From: a virus
IMG/VR virus record: IMGVR_UViG_3300021962_000026
Direction: 5' to 3' (one strand)
Length of the DNA stretch: 64,000 bases
In this document: positions 8,096 to 17,845 of the stretch, piece by piece
Layout of the letters: the number at the start of each line of letters is the position of its first letter
Position numbering within the stretch: the stretch's first letter is position 1
Position numbers and translations under genes: made by a program
The notes under the pieces: model-generated
What the model saw: the letters and a program-made list of their open reading frames with translations, nothing else
Database searches by the model: none
Told to the model about the DNA's origin: nothing

Positions 8096-9340
8096 ATGTT
8101 TGACATTTTCTGCATGCAGATTACAAATGATGAGGTGGATCTGCCAGCCCATACACAATATACTCGTTGGAACGGAACACACCTAGACACAATACGCAGG
8201 TGTATTAATCGTGCTAGAACAGAGTTTGTATGGATAGTTGCTGACTGTTGCGACTACTCAGACTTTGATTTTAACTGGCAACCAGTGCCCTGGGAAGCAG
8301 ATCAAATACACTGTTGGGCAAGCGGCAACCAACAATTTGGTGACACCTTTCTCGTCCCTGTCAGGGCTTTCAAGAAGCAAGAAGCAGGGCTTAAACTCCT
8401 AGAGTGGTATGAGCACATAAACTGGCACAGTGAGCCCAGTGTGCCTCGTAGAGAGTGGCCTACTGTTACTAGCCTAGAAGAACAAACCAGTCTGTATGCT
8501 TGGCATAAACAAACACCTGCTACTATTGATTACGAACCTAGTTTGTGGAAAAAACGCGATTTACATGCATTTACAAAAAGTGGTAGCGTACTACTAGTGC
8601 CAAGAGACTGTAAACAGCATTTTCAGGAACAATTTTACGACTATCCATACATCTTGCGTCATAATGAGTATCAAGTAACTGAAAACCTACTTGATGTAGT
8701 ATACTTGAGTAATGGTGAAAAAAACGCCAATAAAAACTGGGAGATACTAAAAGATATCTGTCCTAGAGCAAAGCGTATAGATGGTGTTACAGGCAGAGCA
8801 CAAGCATACAAAGCCTGTGCAGAGATAAGTGAAACGCCCTGGTTCTTTAATGTGTTTGCTAAGTGTATTGTGCAGCCAGACTTTGACTTTGACTGGCAAC
8901 CAGACTGGCTACAAGGACCCAAACACTGGATATTCCATAGCCGCAATCCTGTTAACGGATTAGAGTATGGACACATGGGTATTATTGCATACCATAAACA
9001 AATGGTATTAGATGCTACAGAATGGGGTCTGGACTTTACATTAAGTGCAAAGCATAATGTAATACCTGTAGTAGGTAGCATAGCAGACTTTAACACTACG
9101 CCTTACGAAACTTGGCGCACAGCCTTTCGTGAGTGCGTTAAACTTACTCAGAATGCAGACATTGAAAGTCGTTATAGACTAAAACAATGGAGTAATGTCG
9201 GTAATGGTGCCCATGGTGAGTGGAGTGTACTAGGTGCTCAAGATGCTATCAAGTATGTACAAAATGGAAACGACTTGCAACTAACTTTCGAGTGGGCTTT
9301 CCTCAAAGAACTGTTTGATAGCAATTATAATAAAGTCTAG
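8096..9340 (+). CDS. two-domain glycosyltransferase-like protein
   Basis: C-terminal domain (DVVYLSNGE...RIDGVTG...NGLEYG...WRTAFRECVKL) is paralogous to 29023-29949; ATG at 8096 preferred over TTG at 8054. Confidence 0.55.
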   Translation: MFDIFCMQITNDEVDLPAHTQYTRWNGTHLDTIRRCINRARTEFVWIVADCCDYSDFDFNWQPVPWEADQIHCWASGNQQFGDTFLVPVRAFKKQEAGLKLLEWYEHINWHSEPSVPRREWPTVTSLEEQTSLYAWHKQTPATIDYEPSLWKKRDLHAFTKSGSVLLVPRDCKQHFQEQFYDYPYILRHNEYQVTENLLDVVYLSNGEKNANKNWEILKDICPRAKRIDGVTGRAQAYKACAEISETPWFFNVFAKCIVQPDFDFDWQPDWLQGPKHWIFHSRNPVNGLEYGHMGIIAYHKQMVLDATEWGLDFTLSAKHNVIPVVGSIADFNTTPYETWRTAFRECVKLTQNADIESRYRLKQWSNVGNGAHGEWSVLGAQDAIKYVQNGNDLQLTFEWAFLKELFDSNYNKV

Positions 9341-10267
9341 TTCTTCATCTGTAATATAAGGATCAACTGGCAGTGCTAGTTGTGTATTGCAATTCTTTAT
9401 AGCCTGCGGCGTATCTGCTAACGGATGTTCATATACACGTTTGGTTTCTATTCCATGATTTGCAAGGTGCTTTTCTAGTTCTGGTCGTTGTGCTGTATCT
9501 ATTACAAACTTACTAATTTGACCATACGGGTCAGTTACACATTTAACTAAATCGCCAATTTCATCTATGTACTCAAATGCAACTTCTTGACGACGTTCCT
9601 GCCAGAATGGAAAAAAGTCTAATTTAACTAATAACTCTGCACATTCGCGTTCGCTAGGAATACTATTGCCACCTATATCTCTGCCATGTCTGCGTAGTTC
9701 TCTAACATTATTAGCAATTACTACGTCGTTCGTTACTACTGCACCAGCATTACCCCAGTTTGGTAATGCTTTGGTAGGATCAAAACTGTAAGATGCAAAC
9801 TCGCCCTGTAATGGTGCACCAAAGTGTTGAGCACCATCTTCATAAACAATATGATTAGTTGATATGTTTTCCGTATTTCCAAACAATCCAACCCATACAA
9901 CATGATCTGTCGTAATATCTTTCCAATTTATTAAGCCGTTGGGTTTTACGTCAGCAGGGACAGGAAGGTTATAACTTCTTTGGATACTATTTCTTGTTGC
10001 TATAAAAGTTTGACTCGGATAACTAATTCTTGTATTTGCATCTAGCCCACATGCTAGTAGACCTAAATATAATGAATCACTTCCGCTACCAGTCATGACG
10101 CAGTACTCTGCGTCTGCTACATTTGCGATTCTGTTTTCTAATTCTTGTGTAAATGGTCCTAACAGGTGTCTGCCTGTTTTATAAACTTGTTCTGCTTTAA
10201 GAGTTAACGGACCCTGTAACTCTTTATATAATCTATCTAAATTATGGAGACGTATCTTCGTCTTCAT
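9281..10267 (-). CDS. DegT/DnrJ/EryC1/StrS PLP-dependent sugar aminotransferase
   Basis: GSGSDSL, TFIAT, EDGAQHFG, SFDPTKAL (PLP lysine), LALPV. Confidence 0.85.
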   Translation of the reverse strand: MKTKIRLHNLDRLYKELQGPLTLKAEQVYKTGRHLLGPFTQELENRIANVADAEYCVMTGSGSDSLYLGLLACGLDANTRISYPSQTFIATRNSIQRSYNLPVPADVKPNGLINWKDITTDHVVWVGLFGNTENISTNHIVYEDGAQHFGAPLQGEFASYSFDPTKALPNWGNAGAVVTNDVVIANNVRELRRHGRDIGGNSIPSERECAELLVKLDFFPFWQERRQEVAFEYIDEIGDLVKCVTDPYGQISKFVIDTAQRPELEKHLANHGIETKRVYEHPLADTPQAIKNCNTQLALPVDPYITDEELDFIIIAIKQFFEESPLES

Positions 10268-10478
10268 CTTCGCTGGGCTCTACGGGTTTTACTGTTTGGT
10301 TATGAACGATAATTTGTTCTTTTAAATCATCTATGCCAATTTCGCCATTTTCTATCATATCTAATGCCTGTACACTTGTTATTTGCAATGTCCTACTTAA
10401 CATTGCTGCATAGTGAACAAGCTCTACCCTTGCCATTCCTGTTGTTGTAACAATTTTATGAACGTCTACAAAAGCCAT
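10242..10478 (-). CDS. hypothetical protein
   Basis: ORF packed in the operon; acidic C-terminus. Confidence 0.55.
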   Translation of the reverse strand: MAFVDVHKIVTTTGMARVELVHYAAMLSRTLQITSVQALDMIENGEIGIDDLKEQIIVHNQTVKPVEPSEDEDEDTSP

Positions 10479-10481
10479 TGT

Positions 10482-11171
10482 CTACTCCCTATGCTCTTTT
10501 ATTTTACCCATTATGAATTCTGAAATTACCTTATGCCCAAGTTTGTTAGGATGGGCTATGCATGGTCTTATAAACTTCTGAACGTCAGAATTATTAGTTT
10601 CTAACCAATATGTAAAATCTCCAACATGCGGAAACTCAACAAACCAGTTTTTTTGATCAAAACATTGCTGAACAATACATTTATCTTTAGGCAAAAGCCA
10701 AGCACTTTCTGGTATTAAATCCCAGAATTTACTCTCACAATGTTGACCCCCGAACATGTTTATAAAATAGGCTTTTATGTTATTGATTTTACATATTGAA
10801 TATAAAAGTAAACATAACTGACTAGTTAATAAATCATCATTTACATTATTACTTAAACTTAAAAGGCACTTGTCAATATAGCCAGGTAACTTCTGAATTC
10901 CATTGCTTCCATTGATATAGTTGCCATTATTATCAATCCAATATCGTCTAGAAGGATCGGTTAAACAAAAAACAGCAGTTTCTATGTTTAGTAAATTTTC
11001 TACTAACTGATGTGCAAAGTAATCATTGCTACCGCCTGAATATCCCAAGTTCAAACTTCCAGGAAAATAACTAGGAAAAGCAAACTCTGGTGCGTCACTT
11101 CCGTCTAGCTCATTGGCTTCACATCCAGCTACCCAACTATCACCAAAAAAAGCTACACGTCCTAAATCCAA
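10482..11171 (-). CDS. SGNH/GDSL hydrolase-like protein
   Basis: FFGDSW, NLGYSGGSN, HPNKLGH. Confidence 0.7.
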   Translation of the reverse strand: MDLGRVAFFGDSWVAGCEANELDGSDAPEFAFPSYFPGSLNLGYSGGSNDYFAHQLVENLLNIETAVFCLTDPSRRYWIDNNGNYINGSNGIQKLPGYIDKCLLSLSNNVNDDLLTSQLCLLLYSICKINNIKAYFINMFGGQHCESKFWDLIPESAWLLPKDKCIVQQCFDQKNWFVEFPHVGDFTYWLETNNSDVQKFIRPCIAHPNKLGHKVISEFIMGKIKEHRE

Positions 11172-11187
11172 TATACTTTTCCCTTGC

Positions 11188-11451
11188 TTATTTTAACCAT
11201 TTAAGAGACCAAAAAACCATGTCATCCTGATTTTCGAAACTCATTACTGCCATTCGGTCTGTAGTAAACCACCATCCCCATCTGCCAGTACAATTTTCTT
11301 TTGTCCACTCTATACTTGGATAACTTACTCCAATATCCCTAACAGGAACATTAAAAGTATATTTGTTGTTATATCCACACCCCGGGCCATAATCACTGCC
11401 CGGGGATGGATACGATTTATCACCATCGGTTATAGAGTAGGTTAAACCCAT
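11188..11451 (-). CDS. hypothetical protein
   Basis: Translationally coupled to yhhQ; Trp-rich C-terminal half. Confidence 0.55.
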   Translation of the reverse strand: MGLTYSITDGDKSYPSPGSDYGPGCGYNNKYTFNVPVRDIGVSYPSIEWTKENCTGRWGWWFTTDRMAVMSFENQDDMVFWSLKWLK

Positions 11452-12107
11452 TAGCCTTTGGCAGTATCGTTTAACTTACCTTTTAGGTAGTTAAGTAGGA
11501 TACCATAAGCTGGGAGGAATACAATCAAACCTACAACAATCTTTGTAAGTGTATTGTTCTGGGCAACCACGCTCCAGTTTTCACCAATCCAACTTAGTTT
11601 ACCATCTGGTCCTGTTGACCCTGCAAACGCAACATAGAAGAAGGTATAAGTGTCAATAATGTTAGCAACAATAGTTGATATTGCTGGCGCTAACCACCAT
11701 GCTTTTGCTCGTTCACGAATTGCTTGGAATACATATACGTCAAGCATTGTACCAATTGCATAAGCAGTACCACTTGCAAAACCTACACGGTATGCATGCT
11801 CATCACCAAGTGCTAGTAGCACTAGTACTGATGCAATAATGGCTGGAATAATTGCCATTGCTACAACAGCACGACCCGCTTCTTTACCAACCATACGCAC
11901 TGTGAGGTCAGTTGCTACAACTACGATTGGAAATGTAAATGCCGCTGCTGCCAATGGAAAACTTCCAAAGATTGGCAATTCAGCGCCAGGGAACAGATCG
12001 AATCTAATTGTAACCAAGTAATTACTCAGTGCAATTACTAATGTGTGTAGAATGACTAAATTTCTCACTAAAGTCTTATCTACACCGTCTAGTAGTTTTG
12101 AAAACAT
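11451..12107 (-). CDS. yhhQ: queuosine-precursor (preQ0/preQ1) transporter, YhhQ/VUT family
   Basis: IALSNYLV, AFTFP...ATDLTVR..G...GR, LDVYVF, WWLAPAIST..N.IDT..F..VAF, YGILL; about 6 TM helices. Confidence 0.88.
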   Translation of the reverse strand: MFSKLLDGVDKTLVRNLVILHTLVIALSNYLVTIRFDLFPGAELPIFGSFPLAAAAFTFPIVVVATDLTVRMVGKEAGRAVVAMAIIPAIIASVLVLLALGDEHAYRVGFASGTAYAIGTMLDVYVFQAIRERAKAWWLAPAISTIVANIIDTYTFFYVAFAGSTGPDGKLSWIGENWSVVAQNNTLTKIVVGLIVFLPAYGILLNYLKGKLNDTAKG

Positions 12108-12111
12108 TTTT

Positions 12112-12786
12112 TTATCCTTGTAAATCTTGCATTAATGGAAATATTGCTGCTATCACTTTGGCACAGGCGTGTGCTATTTCCATATGCTCTTTTTGTGTGC
12201 CATTTGCACCACGCAACTCAATGTAGTGCACCCAACTTCGTAATGTACCGTTCATGTACATACGGCTAACTGTATTGCCTTCTGGCAGAACAGCTCTGGC
12301 TTGCTCTTTAGCAATACCATTTTCAATAGCCCACGCATATGCTTGTTTAGCTTGCATTATGACTCTAAGTTGCTCTTCTTCCCACCGTTCGTGGATATAA
12401 CTGTTATCAGTATCGATACTATTCTGACGATTTTTAGTATCTTGTAAACGAGCTTCCCTAGTAACAAACTCTAGATCCTTTGTAGGATCAGCATAGCGTT
12501 GACTAAATTCCTGGAAACTAAAACTACGATGCCGCAGGATTTGTCTTGCAATATCTCTTGTAGTTTCGATTTCCATGCATGCACTGACCATTTCTAATGG
12601 TGACCAGTGTGCATGTTTAATTAGATATTTTATTAACTTTGCGCTCGTCTCCGTGTTTAACTGACCACTAGGGTTGCTAACTCTAGCACAGAACGCAATT
12701 AGGTCCTGCACGTCTGCATCAGCAAGATCGTGTTCAGTTAAAAACTCTGGAGCGGCTTGGCTATAACTAACCAGGCTAACTTTCAT
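12112..12786 (-). CDS. thyX: flavin-dependent thymidylate synthase
   Basis: HWSPLE, RQILRHRSFSFQEFSQRY, KEQARAVLP. Confidence 0.97.
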   Translation of the reverse strand: MKVSLVSYSQAAPEFLTEHDLADADVQDLIAFCARVSNPSGQLNTETSAKLIKYLIKHAHWSPLEMVSACMEIETTRDIARQILRHRSFSFQEFSQRYADPTKDLEFVTREARLQDTKNRQNSIDTDNSYIHERWEEEQLRVIMQAKQAYAWAIENGIAKEQARAVLPEGNTVSRMYMNGTLRSWVHYIELRGANGTQKEHMEIAHACAKVIAAIFPLMQDLQG

Positions 12787-13421
12787 TATGCAGTAGCCTT
12801 TGGTCGTCCACGCTTCTTAGGAGCTAGACTTGGATCTAGATCCTGTGCTTGGGCTAATAGCCTGTTAATTTCTTCTGTAAGAACATTAATCTGTGCTTTC
12901 ATGCCATCAGCTTGTTTAAGCAAGTCTTGGGCAATATCAGCGTCAGTTAACACACCAGGTGTTGGTGCTGTTCTAGCTGCCGCTGCGGCTTCTCTACCTG
13001 CCCGCTGCTTTGCTGGATCAGCCATGCCTGATGTAGCATCTAGTTCTGCTAGTCTACTAGCAGCATCGCCACCTGCTTCCATGTCACGAATGATCTGGTT
13101 AATTTCGTCTAACCTAGCACCCTGACCACCTGGGCTTGGTGTCATAATAATGTCCTGTGTACGAACTTTTTTCATCCAACCTTCTCTGTGCATTTTATTA
13201 AGAAGGTTAGAACCATCTCTGCCAACTACACGGTGTAGTGCGTCGCCGAGATGTTTGGCTGCTTGTCCAGCATTACTTTCAATACATTTCATAACATCAT
13301 CATGAAATGCTGTTGGCAACTGCTGGGGGTATGCTACTAGAGCCATGTGTTCTTCTCCGGGAATTTCACGGAAAACAACTACAACTCTGGATTGACCCTG
13401 TCTGCCTACATGTTTAAGCAT
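12786..13421 (-). CDS. hypothetical phage protein with coiled-coil and basic tail
   Basis: 211 aa; C-terminal PKKRGRPK. Confidence 0.7.
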   Translation of the reverse strand: MLKHVGRQGQSRVVVVFREIPGEEHMALVAYPQQLPTAFHDDVMKCIESNAGQAAKHLGDALHRVVGRDGSNLLNKMHREGWMKKVRTQDIIMTPSPGGQGARLDEINQIIRDMEAGGDAASRLAELDATSGMADPAKQRAGREAAAAARTAPTPGVLTDADIAQDLLKQADGMKAQINVLTEEINRLLAQAQDLDPSLAPKKRGRPKATA

Positions 13422-13707
13422 TATCTGCTTCTCCTGCTTCTGCGGTTTCTTCTACCGCTTCATCTGCTTCTTCTGCTGCCGCGGCTGCGCCTGGAGCAGG
13501 TCTAGCACCATTAGCAATTAAAAACGCCATTAGTCGATTGTACAATACACCAACTGCTTGCATTTCATTAGCCCTAATAGCACCGCGTTGTGCAACTGCT
13601 TCTAGAACATTTGCCATAAGATTTAAGTCAGCAACGCCTAGTGAAACTGGTGCTTCTGCTGTCTCAGCAGCAACGTCTTCTACTGCGTCGTCTACTTGAT
13701 CACTCAT
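13414..13707 (-). CDS. acidic hypothetical phage protein
   Basis: AAGGAG RBS; 8-nt overlap with the downstream gene. Confidence 0.7.
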   Translation of the reverse strand: MSDQVDDAVEDVAAETAEAPVSLGVADLNLMANVLEAVAQRGAIRANEMQAVGVLYNRLMAFLIANGARPAPGAAAAAEEADEAVEETAEAGEADNA

Positions 13708-13769
13708 TGAAATATACTCCTTATCGATAAGTACTGTAGTATAACATTATTATTATACTAGGTTTGGTA

Positions 13770-14243
13770 ATGATTCGCAATTTATTTTTTGCCTTTTTTA
13801 TAGGTTTTTTTATAAATTCTTCAGCATATGCTGAAGAAAAACTTGAGCAACAAAAGCAAGATCTGTTTGAATTAATGGAGGCAGGCCTCCAGTGTCAATC
13901 AACGGCTGCTGTTGCTTTAAATTACTATAATATTTACCTGGGTTTCAAACAGGGTTTAGAAAAAATAGATGTAGAAAATTACGAAATGCCCGGTCCAGTT
14001 GCTGGTATTAAACCCATGTTTGATGGTTATGAAGACTTGCTTGGTAAAATTAAAAATGCTCTTAAACAAAATCATGGCGTGCAGGCTGATCAAATTGAAT
14101 TTATGCGATATATGGAACTAAAAGATATGCTAAATTCTAATGCAGCACATAGCAAACTTAAACCTGAATTTATAAGAGATATTTTTCTAATGCTTCAGGA
14201 GTGTCACCAAAAACTTCCTGGCAGACGGGCATTGTTTGATTAA
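13770..14243 (+). CDS. secreted hypothetical protein
   Basis: Signal peptide MIRNLFFAFFIGFFINSSAYA; two Cys. Confidence 0.6.
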   Translation: MIRNLFFAFFIGFFINSSAYAEEKLEQQKQDLFELMEAGLQCQSTAAVALNYYNIYLGFKQGLEKIDVENYEMPGPVAGIKPMFDGYEDLLGKIKNALKQNHGVQADQIEFMRYMELKDMLNSNAAHSKLKPEFIRDIFLMLQECHQKLPGRRALFD

Positions 14244-14266
14244 TATACTCAGTTAATAATATTACC

Positions 14267-14274
14267 TATAAATA
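14267..14274 (+). promoter_or_regulatory. T4-type late promoter consensus
   Basis: Exact TATAAATA in the intergenic gap, ending 4 nt before the ATG at 14279. Confidence 0.45.
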
Positions 14275-14278
14275 TATT

Positions 14279-14983
14279 ATGACAATATGTGTGGAATATC
14301 CCCAGGGTAGCGGCGGAACTTGGTTAAGTCATGTTATCTACTGTATAATAAATCAGGCGGAATTTTCCAAACAATCAGTCAATTGGCATGATACTAACAC
14401 AGTGCCTAGTTTTCATGATGTTCTTGTTGAGGATATATCTGATGCTAATATTATTAGCATTACAAGTTCTAATGCAAAATTTAACTTTTGGTCCAATTAT
14501 GTTTATAAAAGAATAAATTATGAATTGGAGTCTAGACAATACAAAAATATATTACTTCCTGTTGATCCCTATTCGTCGAACTCAACTGCTGAACAAGATT
14601 TTGAATGGATCTGTAACCAGTGTAAATTTATCATAAACTATCAGTCTGACTATACTAATATTGAATATATTGATCTGTTTACCAATACTTCACAAGCGTG
14701 TGATATTTTAAACCATTTCCTTGCTTCGTTAAATTTACCAACATGCTCATATACAGAATTTGAAGTATATGTTGAAGTATATAGGCAATCAGTAAAGCCA
14801 ATAAATTTATCAATTAAAAATGACTACTTCTATGTATGGGCAATAGCTATATGTGAGTTTTATGATCGCATTCCTAGTTTTAATATTTTTGATAATATTG
14901 GAGAACCTATATACAAAGAATGGATTCAGGATAATTTAGACTTTGTTATGGATAAAACAAAAGAACTAACATATCTTTTATGA
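14279..14983 (+). CDS. sulfotransferase-like (P-loop) protein
   Basis: N-terminal YPQGSGGTWL resembles the 5'-PAPS-binding loop; IEYIDLF resembles the YEDL motif. Confidence 0.45.
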   Translation: MTICVEYPQGSGGTWLSHVIYCIINQAEFSKQSVNWHDTNTVPSFHDVLVEDISDANIISITSSNAKFNFWSNYVYKRINYELESRQYKNILLPVDPYSSNSTAEQDFEWICNQCKFIINYQSDYTNIEYIDLFTNTSQACDILNHFLASLNLPTCSYTEFEVYVEVYRQSVKPINLSIKNDYFYVWAIAICEFYDRIPSFNIFDNIGEPIYKEWIQDNLDFVMDKTKELTYLL

Positions 14984-16486
14984 ACAAACCTTAACTCCAT
15001 ATTTCTTTTCAAAACGGTCTGCATCAGCACGATCATTTACCATAGGCTCGCCACGGATGTTAAGACTAGTGTTTAGTAGCATCGGACAATCTGTAAGTAC
15101 ATACCATTTTTCTAGTAAATCTCTAGCACCAGTTTTATCATTTCGCCCTACTGTTTGAACTCTACTAGTTCCATCAGCGTGTACAATAGCAGGGAATTTA
15201 TCCTTTTTAGTACACACATATGTATTTTGCATGTATGGATTATTGTCAAATGGTGGCATTGAAAAATAATCATGTGCATGCTCTTCTAAAATCATTGGAG
15301 CAAAGGGCCTAAACTTTTGCCTGCGTTTAATTTCGTTTACACGATCTTTGATATCAGGACCTCTTGGATCTGCAAGTAAACTACGATTACCTAGTGCTCT
15401 AGGTCCAAACTCTGCTCTGCCACTTGCTACCCCTACAATGCCAGTAGTTTGTAGTTCACTTATTATTTCTTCGCTAGGATATGTGCCTGGAATATTAGTA
15501 CCCAAATAAGGTCCCTGCCAGTTTAATTGTTTGCCATATGCAAGAGCAGCAGCACCTAAACTACTACCACAATCTCCCGGATTTGGCATAATCCATACTT
15601 TATTCCACAGGTCTCGTATTTCACTATTTGCTACACAATTAAGTGCAACGCCGCCCATAAAAACACAGTTGTCTATGCTTGTATTTCTTGCAATTTGCTC
15701 CATAAATGCCCGTACTGTATGTTCAGTAATTAACTGAGCAGCATTAGCTAGCTCTTCATTTGTGTAAGTTTTACCAAACACTGTTTCTATTCCAGTATGG
15801 AAATTTCGTCTAAATGTTGGCTTCCAAACATCATCTATAGCCATTTCATATACATCACGATAGGCTGCTTTGCTACCATAAGCAGCCATACCCATTAGTA
15901 TATACTCCTCTTCCATAGGTTTTAAACCTACACGGTCTGTCATTGCACTATAAAAAAGACCTAGACTGTGTGGGTATATCTGTCTGTAAATTCGTTTATA
16001 TTTGGCATGACCCTTTTTATCATAATAGGCCTGCCAGGCTGTCATAGTATCCCATTCGCCAATAGCATCTATTACAATTACTATTGCTTCATCAAAAGGA
16101 CTTGTTTGGAATCCAGCAGCAGCATGACTCTTATGGTGACCATATGTTCGTAAATTGTTTAAAGGTAACCCATCTATTCCAGAATCTGTAAGGATATATG
16201 GATATAAATGTTGTCGTGGACTTTTATCAGTAAGTGTTTTACGCCACTCGCCACTATATAGTTGTCTTGTCTTTTTTAACCATGGCCGTTCATACCAGGC
16301 TATTTGACTGGGCTGTCCATAACTCAATGCTTCTGCCATTATGCCAGCGTTAAGTTCTGCATCGTTTTTCTTTTTACTGTAGCGTTCACTATGGGCGGCA
16401 AATAGTATGTTGCCAGAATCATCTATAACGCTGACACCAGCGTCATGAAAGCCGGCACTTACACCCATGTATGTTTTTTGGCTCAT
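14978..16486 (-). CDS. O-carbamoyltransferase (NodU/CmcH/TobZ family)
   Basis: GFHDA, HHKSHAA, DAIGE, GGVALNC, EFGPRALGNRS, FRPFAP, LLNTSLN. Confidence 0.95.
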   Translation of the reverse strand: MSQKTYMGVSAGFHDAGVSVIDDSGNILFAAHSERYSKKKNDAELNAGIMAEALSYGQPSQIAWYERPWLKKTRQLYSGEWRKTLTDKSPRQHLYPYILTDSGIDGLPLNNLRTYGHHKSHAAAGFQTSPFDEAIVIVIDAIGEWDTMTAWQAYYDKKGHAKYKRIYRQIYPHSLGLFYSAMTDRVGLKPMEEEYILMGMAAYGSKAAYRDVYEMAIDDVWKPTFRRNFHTGIETVFGKTYTNEELANAAQLITEHTVRAFMEQIARNTSIDNCVFMGGVALNCVANSEIRDLWNKVWIMPNPGDCGSSLGAAALAYGKQLNWQGPYLGTNIPGTYPSEEIISELQTTGIVGVASGRAEFGPRALGNRSLLADPRGPDIKDRVNEIKRRQKFRPFAPMILEEHAHDYFSMPPFDNNPYMQNTYVCTKKDKFPAIVHADGTSRVQTVGRNDKTGARDLLEKWYVLTDCPMLLNTSLNIRGEPMVNDRADADRFEKKYGVKVCS

Positions 16487-16584
16487 TTGTAAATAAACGG
16501 ATCTCTTTTGCGTAGTTCTTTTAGTCTCTTACGATACTGTCTTTCAAGTTTAATTCTGTTAATTAGTTTACGAATCCATCTCAT
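16483..16584 (-). CDS. 33-aa basic peptide ending DPFIYK (not in ORF track)
   Basis: MRWIRKLINRIKLERQYRKRLKELRKRDPFIYK; bridges the rSAM stop and carbamoyltransferase start (ATGA overlap). Confidence 0.7.
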   Translation of the reverse strand: MRWIRKLINRIKLERQYRKRLKELRKRDPFIYK

Positions 16585-17845
16585 CTGGTATACCTTTCCA
16601 CCATTCCTGTGCTTCTGTGCACAGTGTATCTTCAAATCTCATACCACCTCGCAAATCGTCTAATTTGCTCATTCTTTGCTTTGCTCTTACTCTTGCTGAT
16701 TGATATGTATCTGGATACTCTTCCTCAAATGTAGGACGTTCCAATAGGTTTGTTAGTACACTATGTAAAGCGCCGGTAGTTTTTGGGACTATACTATTAA
16801 TTATCTTATTTAAAATGTCACGTGGAAGAAAAAGTGGACTCATTGCAATGTCTGGTGTAAATGCAAAGCAAACTTTAGCAAGTATTTCCACTCCTAGCTC
16901 TTGTGCAAGTTTAGTAATGTTTTCTATCTCAGACAACCCTGGTGTAGTTAGTGTAAAGTCTAACCTCATCTGTCTAGGATGTCTGCTATATTTTAATCCA
17001 CGTTTAAAATTATCTACAAAGGTGTTATAGTTTAATCCCGTGCGTATATATTCTCCAACCGGACCTGTTCCATCTATGCTGGCACATATTTGCCAGTCTC
17101 TTATATTACTCAAGATATCAGCATACAAGTCCGTGCCTTTATAGTTAACACGGCTTAAATTTGTGTTATATCTCGCATATAGTCTAGGCCCGTCCCCTAA
17201 TTCTACTATGCGTTTCATGTACCGCCAGTGCTGTTCATACATCAGTGGTTCGCCACCCACCCAGTATATTTCTTCTATACGATGTTCTTCTACTGCCTGA
17301 GCAAACTCTGCTTCTATTTGAGTATCCTGATAGTTGCTAATTTGTTTTTTAACACTGGGTTCCATCCAGGGTTCTATTTTTCCCTGTTTGCGGGCTTCTG
17401 TTTCCCAACTGCTACTAAGCATAGGACCACACATGCGGCATTTAAAGTTACAAAGATTGCTGAAACGGTAGTCCCAGCTTACAGGTTTCATAGTTGTATA
17501 ACCTGAGTCGTCTGTTGTCTCGGCTATTTGTTCATATTTGTGTCTGAATAAATGCCAGAAATAATCACGATAGACATCAGTGTTAAGTAACTTCTTATCA
17601 CATACTTCACATTCTGGTGGTAAGTCGCCTGCTAGCATCTGACGCCTTACACGGCGTACATGCTCTCCGTTCCACCATTCATCTAGTGTTTGTGGCTTAT
17701 ACTCATTAGTGCCATCAGCAGTGTCTATGTACTGGCGAAAGTTCTGTGCAGGTTCTCTACTAGCGCAACACAATCTACGCTCAGTTTGTGGACTCAAATA
17801 GGTATGAGTCCAGGGTGCCATGCAAAGGTTATCTGGCTTAGTCAC
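16568..17845 (-). CDS. N-terminal twitch-domain radical SAM protein
   Basis: CMAPW...LCC...CEVC; CNFKCRMC; GGEP. Confidence 0.9.
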   Translation of the reverse strand: MTKPDNLCMAPWTHTYLSPQTERRLCCASREPAQNFRQYIDTADGTNEYKPQTLDEWWNGEHVRRVRRQMLAGDLPPECEVCDKKLLNTDVYRDYFWHLFRHKYEQIAETTDDSGYTTMKPVSWDYRFSNLCNFKCRMCGPMLSSSWETEARKQGKIEPWMEPSVKKQISNYQDTQIEAEFAQAVEEHRIEEIYWVGGEPLMYEQHWRYMKRIVELGDGPRLYARYNTNLSRVNYKGTDLYADILSNIRDWQICASIDGTGPVGEYIRTGLNYNTFVDNFKRGLKYSRHPRQMRLDFTLTTPGLSEIENITKLAQELGVEILAKVCFAFTPDIAMSPLFLPRDILNKIINSIVPKTTGALHSVLTNLLERPTFEEEYPDTYQSARVRAKQRMSKLDDLRGGMRFEDTLCTEAQEWWKGIPDEMDS

